From positions 320,001 to 384,000 of the forward strand of contig OY762007.1 in the NCBI GenBank assembly GCA_963665115.1: DNA of 64,000 bases. Direction: 5' to 3'. The translations under genes were made by a program, and so were the position numbers. Below are positions 54,001-62,104 of the stretch, piece after piece. The DNA is from an uncultured Rivularia sp. (GTDB lineage Bacteria; Cyanobacteriota; Cyanobacteriia; Cyanobacteriales; Nostocaceae). How positions within the stretch are numbered: the first letter of the stretch is position 1; each line of letters opens with the position of its first letter. The notes under the pieces were generated by a model. The model did no database searches. It had not been told where the DNA came from and saw only the letters and a program-made list of their open reading frames with translations.

Positions 54001-56027
54001 TTGTCGTTACTTATCAATACGAAGGAGAAGCAGGAAACGATACTGATATTTACGCGGGAAGATTGCAATATAACTTCTCTCAAGGGGCAGAAAAAGATAG
54101 CTGGTTGGCTACAACTTATCTCCAAGAAAATCAAGGCGATCGCGATTTTGAATTGTACGGTGCGGATGCTCAATTTACTTTTGGTAAGTTAGGTAAAATT
54201 GTTGCCGAATACGCTCGGAGTCGCAACGATTCCGACGAGATGGGAATGGTGGAAGGTGATGCTGTCAGGGCTGAAGCTGAAGCAGAATTTATTAAAGGTT
54301 TACGCGCTCGCGCTTATTACCGTTTTGCAGATACTGGATTTGCAAACAACGCTACTATTAGCTTTGTCCCCGGACAAACTCGTTACGGAGCGCAGGTTAA
54401 CGGAAGAGTTTCCAAGACAACCAATTTACGGTTTCAGTACGACCGTGAAGACAACTTTGGGATTGCACCTCAACCGCTGGATACTTTTGAAGAGTTCTTT
54501 TCACCTCGTACAACAGCTGTTCCTGGTAGTGAAGTTGATAACTCTTTAACTACAATTTCTGCTGGTATCGTACAGAGATTGGGTAAAGCTAGCTTATCAG
54601 TAGATTGGATCAATCGGGAACGAGAAGATCGGATATCACCCCAAACTCTCAATACAGATTCTAGTCAATTACGTTCTCGTCTTAATGTTCCTATTGCCAA
54701 AAAACTTTCTTTCTTAGCTCAAAACGAAACTACATTATCTGACGATACAGATGCAGTTTACCCAGATAGAACTGTCTTCGGAATTAACTGGGAAGCGATT
54801 CAAGGTATTAATCTTTCGTTAACGCAACAGTTTTTTACTCAAGGACAATTTGACGGTAATTCTATCACCAGTTTCAATGTCAATGGGGAACATAACTTTG
54901 GAACGGATACCACTGTTACCGGACGTTTCTCTGTATTGGGTGGTTCTAACGGACCTACTACTCAAGGTGCTTTAGGTTTAAAACAAGGTTTAACTATAGC
55001 TCCCGGATTGCGGTTGAGTATGGCTTACGAACACGTTTTTGGCGACTTCTTCGGTCGTAACGGTTCCGGAGTACAATTCGCACAACCTTTCGCTGTAGGT
55101 TCGAGTACTGCGGCTTTAGGTTTCAATTCCGGAGATAGTTATAGTGTCGGCTTGGAATACACCGATAATCCAGACTTCAAAGCCAGCGCTCGGTTTGAAC
55201 GCAGAAGTTCTTCAAGCGGAAATAATACCGTAATTTCCGCAGGTGCTACTGGTAAAATTTCATCTTCAATTACAGCTTTAGCACGCTATCAACAAGCAGG
55301 TTCGAGCAATCAAACTTTGAGAGCATTAGGAGATACGGCTAATTTAAGAGTTGGTTTAGCATATCGCAATCCTAAAAACGATAAACTTAATGCTTTATTG
55401 CGTTATGAATATCGTAAAAATCCTTCAACGATTCCCGAAAGTATTTTACTCGGAAGCGGTTCTGGAGCAGAAGACCATACTTTTGCCATTGAAACAATCT
55501 ACGCACCGAATTGGCAATGGGAATTTTATGGTAAATATGCTTTACGCAACAGTACCACTTACTTAGCTAACGATTTTTCATCCAGCACTTCAACCAATTT
55601 AGGACAGTTACGCGCTACCTATCGCTTGGGATACAGTTGGGATTTAGTCGGAGAAGCACGAGTAATTAAGCAATCTGACTATACGGAAACTGGTTTTGTT
55701 GTCGAAGCAGGTTATTATCTAACCCCGAATTTAAGAGTAGCTGGAGGTTACGCTTTTGGGGAAATAGACGACCGCGATTTTGATGGTAGTCGTTCCGCTA
55801 GCGGACCATATTTGGGTGTGACAATGAAGCTTAACCAGTTATTTAGCGGCTTTGGTTTACAGAAAAAAGTACCCCGCAAAGAAATAGAAGCACGACAAGG
55901 CTTATTGAATAAACTTAGAAACGAGAAAAACCCAACCACTCAAACATTAACCGAAAGAATCAAAAGAGCTAACACAAAGAATGAAATAGAAAAAAAAGCT
56001 GTTGTAAAGACTGACGACGAGGAGTAA
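51048..56027 (+). CDS. Very large outer-membrane beta-barrel protein with Ig-like domains and a repetitive N-terminus
   Basis: Signal peptide; YFLALEPFL repeats; invasin/Big-like IPADGISTATI; ~900 aa of amphipathic strands ending GPYLGVTMKL. Confidence 0.75.
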   Translation: MKRQLNRTDTFNLKLVGVMAGAMTVVLSPIIASAESKSQSTKLEVTKGKDSEDNNQSTRSKRILKVLEVQNRNSKNSKNNNKDKITPDFNEESNTDLTANLQKLVAEGNNSAGYILAALKASDINAKKISSSLQKLADERKKANDEKLIALKSVEVSEPKLSLVQKLKVTRNHITDSKKELVALEPSHSENKLLEEDNMNLETQSIASTIKSEKITIKEAEYNPFLQNSLFSIDIDKKLSDNLQKINPADNYLVALEPFLDEQKPVESKIGSNSKGKYLLSLEPFINEEKPTQSPQSSTDNYFLASLTSEKNTFASRTLSPSGILSERERTENFNTWNAPKRGNYFLALEPFLNEQKLVESKISPNSNYFLALEPFLKQEQSVESQIQNISENETNVRQWFSQLVAINVFESTPKNQILENAPTLIAKNWNADNFTNKDYSFTSLVAIKPSSFADNADNYENNSSEMQLAARYSSFNSGDNRNQEFPGNNLLTVYSKSPFGLPNLENLNPNLAPNSTQYISQFPKDTNNSSTVVILSPTPDALVDVAATPIIVQFPVGNEVELRVNGELSDRSLIGRTETNPDTDLVTQTWYGVSLQNGENVISAQVLGSKEPPATVKIMVRGGANELKIDTVEARIPADGISTATIKGTLLDENGNRSNHDAVVTLATTAGEFVEPDFKPGQPGFQIQAKTGEFTATLKSDLEAKTVRIKAKAGKLEAFTQLQFQTALRPSLMTGVIDFRLGARGTDFYSRFKDFLPEDEDNDTEVKFRSAVFATGAIGEWLVTGAYDSSRSLNEDCNCDNRLFGTYQFNENNYPTYGDSSTVNATTPSTDSVYLRLERSSRTPGANPDYAMWGDYNTEEFSRSSQQFTSLTRQLHGFKANYNIGKLQATAFYGNNIEGFQRDILPPDGTSGFYFLSRRLTVPGSESVFIELEELNRPGTVLQRERLNRGADYEIDYDRGTVLFREPVLRTDVNEFGEVLVRRIVVTYQYEGEAGNDTDIYAGRLQYNFSQGAEKDSWLATTYLQENQGDRDFELYGADAQFTFGKLGKIVAEYARSRNDSDEMGMVEGDAVRAEAEAEFIKGLRARAYYRFADTGFANNATISFVPGQTRYGAQVNGRVSKTTNLRFQYDREDNFGIAPQPLDTFEEFFSPRTTAVPGSEVDNSLTTISAGIVQRLGKASLSVDWINREREDRISPQTLNTDSSQLRSRLNVPIAKKLSFLAQNETTLSDDTDAVYPDRTVFGINWEAIQGINLSLTQQFFTQGQFDGNSITSFNVNGEHNFGTDTTVTGRFSVLGGSNGPTTQGALGLKQGLTIAPGLRLSMAYEHVFGDFFGRNGSGVQFAQPFAVGSSTAALGFNSGDSYSVGLEYTDNPDFKASARFERRSSSSGNNTVISAGATGKISSSITALARYQQAGSSNQTLRALGDTANLRVGLAYRNPKNDKLNALLRYEYRKNPSTIPESILLGSGSGAEDHTFAIETIYAPNWQWEFYGKYALRNSTTYLANDFSSSTSTNLGQLRATYRLGYSWDLVGEARVIKQSDYTETGFVVEAGYYLTPNLRVAGGYAFGEIDDRDFDGSRSASGPYLGVTMKLNQLFSGFGLQKKVPRKEIEARQGLLNKLRNEKNPTTQTLTERIKRANTKNEIEKKAVVKTDDEE

Positions 56028-56146
56028 GAGATGAATAAAGATACATGAAGCAAAATATACATTTAGCTTCCAAGCTTTTCTTCCCGTATTTCTAGTATGG
56101 AAAGGCAATATGCTCAGATGTCATCAGTAATATAACGGCAACAAAG

Positions 56147-58309
56147 ATGTATAAAAATACTAAAAAAAACTCTTTTGAAAAGTTCAACGCAGCAAAACGT
56201 TTATTAATTAGCCTACCAGTTTTATTACTAACGGCTCCAAATATCGCTTTTGCTCAACCAACTACAGCTTTAAGTTTAAGCGTAACAGTCAACAGCAACC
56301 AGGATGGAAGCATACAGGCTGATGATAAGCTAACATTACGCGAAGCAATTGCCATCGTCAACGGTAATCTATCTGTAGAAAAACTCAGTGCTGCTGAAAA
56401 ATCTTTGGTTTCATCTGGGAATAACCAGTCTCGGATTGAATTTAATCTTGCTCCCGGACAAACTACAATCACCTTAGAAAGCATTCTCCCAGCTTTAACA
56501 AATCCAGGATTGATAGTTGACGGTACCTCTCAACCAGGATACAAAGCCGATAAATCTGCAACCGCAGAAATTGAGATTCCCATTCCAGTTGTAGAAATCA
56601 CTTCCGCTGCCGACAAACAAGTATTTCGCGGTTTAACGGTAGCAGCCGATAATATTACAGTTCAGGGATTGAGTATATATGGGTTTAGTTCAAAACATAC
56701 AGATACAGCTAGCTTACCTCCAGGGGATGTTGTTGTTGTACCCTATCGTTCCGTTTTAATACAAGATAGGGAGACAAGGGGACAAGGAGACGAGGAGAAT
56801 TCTTCTCAGCCACCCAAAAATGTCAACATTAAAAATAACTGGTTGGGTATTACCTCAGAAGAACAAGTTCCTAATAAAACTTCGGCTTTTGGGGTTTCTG
56901 TATTTGATGCAACTGGTACAAATATCAACCGTAACCTGATTGCAAATCATGAAGGTAGCGGAATTATTACTGGAAAATTAGCAGAAAATACTCAAATTCA
57001 ATCAAATATCATCGTTGGTAATGGAATAGCTGGTGTTCCCGATGCAATTAGACTGGAAGGTCGAATTAATAATTCTCAAGTTACTTCAAACTTAATTTGC
57101 GCCAACGACGGCAGCGGAGTGTACTTGTTTAAGCCAGAAGGCTCAGTACAAATACAGTCAAACAATATTAAGTATAACGGTAGACGCTTGCGACGTGCGG
57201 GTGTTTACTTGATGGGTAATAACCATCAGGTAGCTAATAACCAAATCACCAATCAACCAGGTTCCGGAGTTGCGATTACAGCTTATCCCGACAGCAAAGG
57301 AAACGTTGTCAGAGACAACAGCTTTGGCAATATAGAAGGATTGAGTATCGACCTCAACTACAGAAATACTGCCAGCGTCCGCGATTTTCAACGAGGAGAC
57401 GGTCCCAACCCACCGAGAAATTCTGGAAATCGTCGTAAGGATACCGCAAACGGTGCTATCAACGCTCCAGAGTTTCTCAGTTCCGAATTTATTATTATTA
57501 ACGGTAAAGTAAATATTGACGGAAAAGCCGACCCAGGTAGCGAAATTGATATTTATAAAGTAAATCCCAATAGCAGACAGCAAATAGATTTATATCCCGC
57601 ATATTCCGCATTAGGGGAAGTAATTGGCAGAGTTAAAACTGACGAAAAAGGTAGATTCAAAGCCACCTTTACAAACCTGCAACCTGGGGAAATTATTAGT
57701 GCGATCGCCACTCAAAATAAATACGGAACCTCAGAACCAGCAGCGAATGCAATAGTTAAATCAGTTGGTAATTCCGGAATCCAAAATCCACAATCCCCAA
57801 TCCAAAATTTTGAAACCCCCAACTGTACAACCCGTCCGGTAGCACCAACACCAGAACCACCAATTCCTCAACCACCAATTCCAGATCCAATACCCGAACC
57901 ACCCGCACCAATTCGTTTAAGCGTACCTAGAAACGTCCACTTTGCACTAGATAAAGACTTTATCAGTCCCAAAAGTGGAGAAGTTCTAGATAAAATCGCT
58001 GAAGTCATGGAGCAATATCCCAACATAGTCATTGAACTACAAGGACATACCGACTCCCGCGCTAGCGTTGCTTATAACCAAGATTTGGCGAAAAGACGCG
58101 CAACAAACGCGAGAAATTACCTAGTTAAAAGAGGTATCGCACCCGAAAGAATGACCATTCGTTCCTTTGGAGAACGGAAATTACGGACAGAGGAAAATAA
58201 TCGAGTAGATTACGCACGCAACCGTCGAGTTGAAGTATTGTTCTTTGATGTTAGGGGAATTGACATCGAATTTGAGAATCAGGAAAGAGATTTGCAGATA
58301 GAAAAGTAA
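56147..58309 (+). CDS. Beta-helix + Pro-rich linker + OmpA peptidoglycan-binding protein
   Basis: VTVNSNQD..LTLREAI, parallel beta-helix repeats, VHFALDK, QGHTDSR, NRRVE. Confidence 0.88.
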   Translation: MYKNTKKNSFEKFNAAKRLLISLPVLLLTAPNIAFAQPTTALSLSVTVNSNQDGSIQADDKLTLREAIAIVNGNLSVEKLSAAEKSLVSSGNNQSRIEFNLAPGQTTITLESILPALTNPGLIVDGTSQPGYKADKSATAEIEIPIPVVEITSAADKQVFRGLTVAADNITVQGLSIYGFSSKHTDTASLPPGDVVVVPYRSVLIQDRETRGQGDEENSSQPPKNVNIKNNWLGITSEEQVPNKTSAFGVSVFDATGTNINRNLIANHEGSGIITGKLAENTQIQSNIIVGNGIAGVPDAIRLEGRINNSQVTSNLICANDGSGVYLFKPEGSVQIQSNNIKYNGRRLRRAGVYLMGNNHQVANNQITNQPGSGVAITAYPDSKGNVVRDNSFGNIEGLSIDLNYRNTASVRDFQRGDGPNPPRNSGNRRKDTANGAINAPEFLSSEFIIINGKVNIDGKADPGSEIDIYKVNPNSRQQIDLYPAYSALGEVIGRVKTDEKGRFKATFTNLQPGEIISAIATQNKYGTSEPAANAIVKSVGNSGIQNPQSPIQNFETPNCTTRPVAPTPEPPIPQPPIPDPIPEPPAPIRLSVPRNVHFALDKDFISPKSGEVLDKIAEVMEQYPNIVIELQGHTDSRASVAYNQDLAKRRATNARNYLVKRGIAPERMTIRSFGERKLRTEENNRVDYARNRRVEVLFFDVRGIDIEFENQERDLQIEK

Positions 58310-58320
58310 TTTCCCCTGAT

Positions 58321-58869
58321 GTAGAGACGTAGCAGTGCTACGTCTCCGGGCAATTTGAACATAACACAGACAACCCCAACAACCCGAACACAACACAGAC
58401 AACACCAACATCTCAAACACAACACAAACAACCCCAGCCGATAAATGCTAATTACCACCATAAATACGGAGACGTAGCACTGCTACGTCTCTACACCAGT
58501 ACTGAAAACGATTTAAAACAACAACACAGACAATCCCTAATAACCCGAACACCAAACAAATAACCCCAACCGATAAATGCTAATTACCACCACTAATGTA
58601 GAGACGTAGCAGTGCTACGTCTCCCGGCAATTTGAACATCACACAGACAACCCCCAACAACCCGAACACCAAACAAACAACCCCAGCCGATAGATGCTAA
58701 CTACCACCACTAATGTAGAGACGTAGCAGTGCTACGTCTCCCGGCAATTTGAACATCACACAGACAACCCCCAATAACCCGAACATCTCAAACACCAAAC
58801 AAACAACCACAGCCGATAGATGCTAACTACAACCATAAATACGGAGACGTAGCACTGCTACGTCTCTAC
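58321..58869. repeat. REP array upstream of RAYT (5 REPs)
   Basis: GTAGAGACGTAGCAGTGCTACGTCTC at 58321(+), 58469(-), 58598(+), 58715(+), 58844(-), with homologous C/A-rich spacers. Confidence 0.92.
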
Positions 58870-58902
58870 ACCAGTACTGAAAACAACTTAAAACATCTGA
58901 TT

Positions 58903-59478
58903 ATGATGCAACCGAAATTCAAAGGTAAATACCGAATTGAATCTACCCGTTTACCAGATAGGGATTATGCTGCTAATGGTTGGTATTTCGTCACTATTTG
59001 TACAAAAAATTGTATTTATCATTTGGGTAATGCGGTTGTTTCTGGTGAGGTACAGCTAACACCAATTGGTGAAATAGCCCAACAATATTTTATTGATATC
59101 CCCAAATATTCTAAACATACCTATATAGACACATATGTAATAATGCCCAATCACGTCCACGGAATTGTGGTTATCGACAAACCTACAGATACTGCAATAT
59201 CACGTCATAAAAATACGGAAGTGGACATTATACAAGGTGAATTTATGTCCCAGATATCCCCAAAACCAGGTTCGTTAAGTACTATTATCCGTTCTTACAA
59301 ATCAGCCGTTACCCGATGGTGTCGTCGCAACAAACATGAATATTTCGCATGGCAAGAAAGATTTTATGAAAGCATTATTCGCGTCGATGATTCCATAGAT
59401 AGAATTCGCCAATACATCATTAATAACCCCGCGAAATGGGAACAACACAAAAACAACCCCCCAGATTTATGGATGTAA
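58903..59478 (+). CDS. rayT: REP-associated tyrosine transposase (RAYT, Y1 HUH)
   Basis: RLPDRDY..WYFVTICT, HUH motif MPNHVHGI, WQERFYE, catalytic Tyr in IRQYIINNP; flanked by REPs. Confidence 0.9.
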   Translation: MMQPKFKGKYRIESTRLPDRDYAANGWYFVTICTKNCIYHLGNAVVSGEVQLTPIGEIAQQYFIDIPKYSKHTYIDTYVIMPNHVHGIVVIDKPTDTAISRHKNTEVDIIQGEFMSQISPKPGSLSTIIRSYKSAVTRWCRRNKHEYFAWQERFYESIIRVDDSIDRIRQYIINNPAKWEQHKNNPPDLWM

Positions 59479-59498
59479 AACACCCACCAATAATAAAT

Positions 59499-59922
59499 GT
59501 AGAGACGTAGCACTGCTACGTCTCCCGGCAATTTGAACACAACACAGACAACCCCAGCGACCTAAACCACAACACAAATAACCCCAGCCGATAGATGCTA
59601 ATCACAACCATTAATGTAGAGACGTAGCAGTGCTACGTCTCCCGGCAATTTGAACACAACACAGACAACCCCAGCGACCTAAACCACAACACAGACAACC
59701 CCAACATCTCAAACACAACACAAACAACCCCAGCCGATAAATGCTAACTACAACCCTATATAAGGAGACGTAGCAGTGCTACGTCTCTACACCAGTACTG
59801 AAAACGATTTAAAACAACAACACAGACAATCCCTAATAACCCGAACACCAAACAAACAACCCCAGCCGATAGATGCTAATCACAACCATAAATACGGAGA
59901 CGTAGCACTGCTACGTCTCTAC
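59499..59922. repeat. REP array downstream of RAYT (4 REPs)
   Basis: REPs at 59499(+), 59616(+), 59765(-), 59897(-) with the same spacer family. Confidence 0.92.
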
Positions 59923-60099
59923 ACCATTGACATCGTATTTTCACGCATTATAAAAATATTTCAATTAGTAATTATACGGAAGTCAAAAACAATAAATAAA
60001 AGTTTTAATGCCAGTGGGAAAGGAACTTTAAACTATCTTTATATTTAAATTTTTAAATCAGCAAAAATAGCACCATTGTAATATTTATCACTCAAAGCT

Positions 60100-61935
60100 A
60101 TGGAATTTATATTTAAACACTTACTTGGCTTATATAGCGCCGAATCTGCAAAAAATAAACCCAAAAACAAGAGATTTTCCCAAAAATTAATTATAAATCT
60201 CGGATATATGGGAGTTTTTCTGTTTCAGTTTTTAATAGCTTCGCCAAAAGTTTTAGCTCAAAGTAACTTTTGCTCCAGCCCTTACAACATGGTTTACTCG
60301 GGGCATTTCCCTAATAGGATTGATGCGATTCACGTTGATAGCGGTGCTTCTGTGCCGTTGACAACATCAAATATTGCTGCTAACACTAACAGTCTCGCTA
60401 GCGACCATGTTAATAACTTAGTTTATTATGCAGAAAACCAGTCTATTTATGCCTGGAGTCCAATTACTAATACACATACTGTGATTACAAGTAATATAAA
60501 AGGCTTCGCTGGCACTAGCAATATTAGCAGTCTTAGTAGTGGTGGTGCAGCTTTTTATAATGGCTCGCTCTACCTGGGTATTGATGAAAATCAACATACT
60601 GGTGGTGCTGAAGTGTATAAAGTTGATTTTGTACCTGCTTCCAATGGTCAGACAGTTCAAAGCGTGACTTCGCTTAATATCGCTAGTTTGATTCCACCTA
60701 GCGATTGGGGGGATCTTAGTATTGATAATAATGGTGTAATGTTAGGTGCTACCCCCGGTGGCTTTTGGACTTATAACCTAAACAACGGTACATACACCTC
60801 TCTTTCGAGTAACCTTCCAGGAGGTCAGCACCAACTAGCTAAAGATGGCCAAGGTCGCCTATGGGCTGTAGTTTACACGCCGACTAAATTCATCTTTCAA
60901 GTTCAGGTTGTTGGTAATAGCATTCAACAAGTAGGTCAAACTATTTCTGTAGATCCTCATGACACTAATGATGCTGCTGAATGTGTAATTGGTGAGTCTA
61001 GTATAGGCGACCGTGTTTGGAATGATGCTAATGAAAATGGCGTGCAAGATGCTGGAGAAGATGGTATTGAGAATGTCACAGTTGACTTGTACTGGGACAT
61101 TAACGGCAATGGTCAAATTGATAATGGTGACGATCCTCTATTAGCAACCCAAACCACAGGTACTAATGGTAATTATGATTTTCCTGACCTAATTTTTGGT
61201 AATTATATTGTTAAAGTTTCTGATACCAATGGGGTGCTTACAAACGCTTCATTGACTAGTGCGTCGGATACCCACAGCGTAAATTTATTACCTGGCACTG
61301 TAGATTATAATGATGCAGACTTTGGTTATAAACTGGCAATTGCCAGTAACCCTGACGTATTAATAGTCAAACGCATCACCGCAATAAACGGCGATCGCAC
61401 TAAAAACCCCAACGACAATACTCCCTTAAATACCTTCGTCGATGATACAGTTTCTGCTCGTAAAGATGATGATAACAATCCCAACTGGCTAGATAATTAC
61501 CTCATTGGTGCCATTGATGCAGGTAAAGTAAAACCCGGTGACGAAATTGAATATACGGTTTACTTCCTTAATGCTGGAAGTAGCGATGGAGAAAACCTGC
61601 GAATATGCGACAGAATTACTCCCGACCAAGATTTTAAATTAAATGCTTACGGTACTGGTAACGACTTGCAATTAAAATTAGACAGCAAGGCTGTAATTAA
61701 TTTAACCAGTGCTTCCGATACTAATGACCGCGCTCAATTAATTCCAACAACTGGTAGTGTTCCAGCTAACTGTAACCTCAAGGGTACAAACGATAGCGGC
61801 ACATTACAAATTGACATTACAGGTACAGGAAATACTACCCAATCCGATTTAAACAGCGTACCCGGTTCTACAGGAAAAGGAACCCCCGATAACTCCTACG
61901 GATTCTTCAGATTTACAACCACCGTCAAACCATAA
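60100..61935 (+). CDS. Secreted beta-propeller-like + SdrD-B + C-terminal DUF11 protein (candidate tip adhesin)
   Basis: Signal peptide (KVLA/Q); Cys-bounded propeller-like repeats; SIGDRVWNDANENG; VKPGDEIEYTVYFLN. Confidence 0.8.
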   Translation: MEFIFKHLLGLYSAESAKNKPKNKRFSQKLIINLGYMGVFLFQFLIASPKVLAQSNFCSSPYNMVYSGHFPNRIDAIHVDSGASVPLTTSNIAANTNSLASDHVNNLVYYAENQSIYAWSPITNTHTVITSNIKGFAGTSNISSLSSGGAAFYNGSLYLGIDENQHTGGAEVYKVDFVPASNGQTVQSVTSLNIASLIPPSDWGDLSIDNNGVMLGATPGGFWTYNLNNGTYTSLSSNLPGGQHQLAKDGQGRLWAVVYTPTKFIFQVQVVGNSIQQVGQTISVDPHDTNDAAECVIGESSIGDRVWNDANENGVQDAGEDGIENVTVDLYWDINGNGQIDNGDDPLLATQTTGTNGNYDFPDLIFGNYIVKVSDTNGVLTNASLTSASDTHSVNLLPGTVDYNDADFGYKLAIASNPDVLIVKRITAINGDRTKNPNDNTPLNTFVDDTVSARKDDDNNPNWLDNYLIGAIDAGKVKPGDEIEYTVYFLNAGSSDGENLRICDRITPDQDFKLNAYGTGNDLQLKLDSKAVINLTSASDTNDRAQLIPTTGSVPANCNLKGTNDSGTLQIDITGTGNTTQSDLNSVPGSTGKGTPDNSYGFFRFTTTVKP

Positions 61936-61947
61936 CCCACAACTAAT

Positions 61948-62070
61948 GTAGCGGGGAGACGTAGCAATGCTACGTCTCCCCGCAATGCGAACACAACACA
62001 AACAACCTCAGCCGATAGATCCTAATCGCAACCCTATATACGGAGACGTAGCATTGCGCCCCGTCTCTAC
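61948..62070. repeat. Degenerate inverted REP pair with the same spacer family
   Basis: GTAGCGGGGAGACGTAGCAATGCTACGTCTCCCCGC ... GAGACGTAGCATTGCGCCCCGTCTCTAC. Confidence 0.8.
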
Positions 62071-62104
62071 AAAAAAATTATTTTCAATATTGAACAAAAC
62101 ACCC

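Noticed and set aside
51048..56027. TonB-dependent receptor call
   Set aside because: No plug-domain motifs, and the barrel region is too long
58903..59478. TnpA partner of the tnpB element
   Set aside because: RAYT-type N-terminus with its own REP flanks, 55 kb away; no IS605 ends around it
58321..59922. CRISPR array
   Set aside because: Repeats occur in both orientations, spacers are ~90-125 bp and homologous to each other, no cas genes are present, and the adjacent gene is a RAYT
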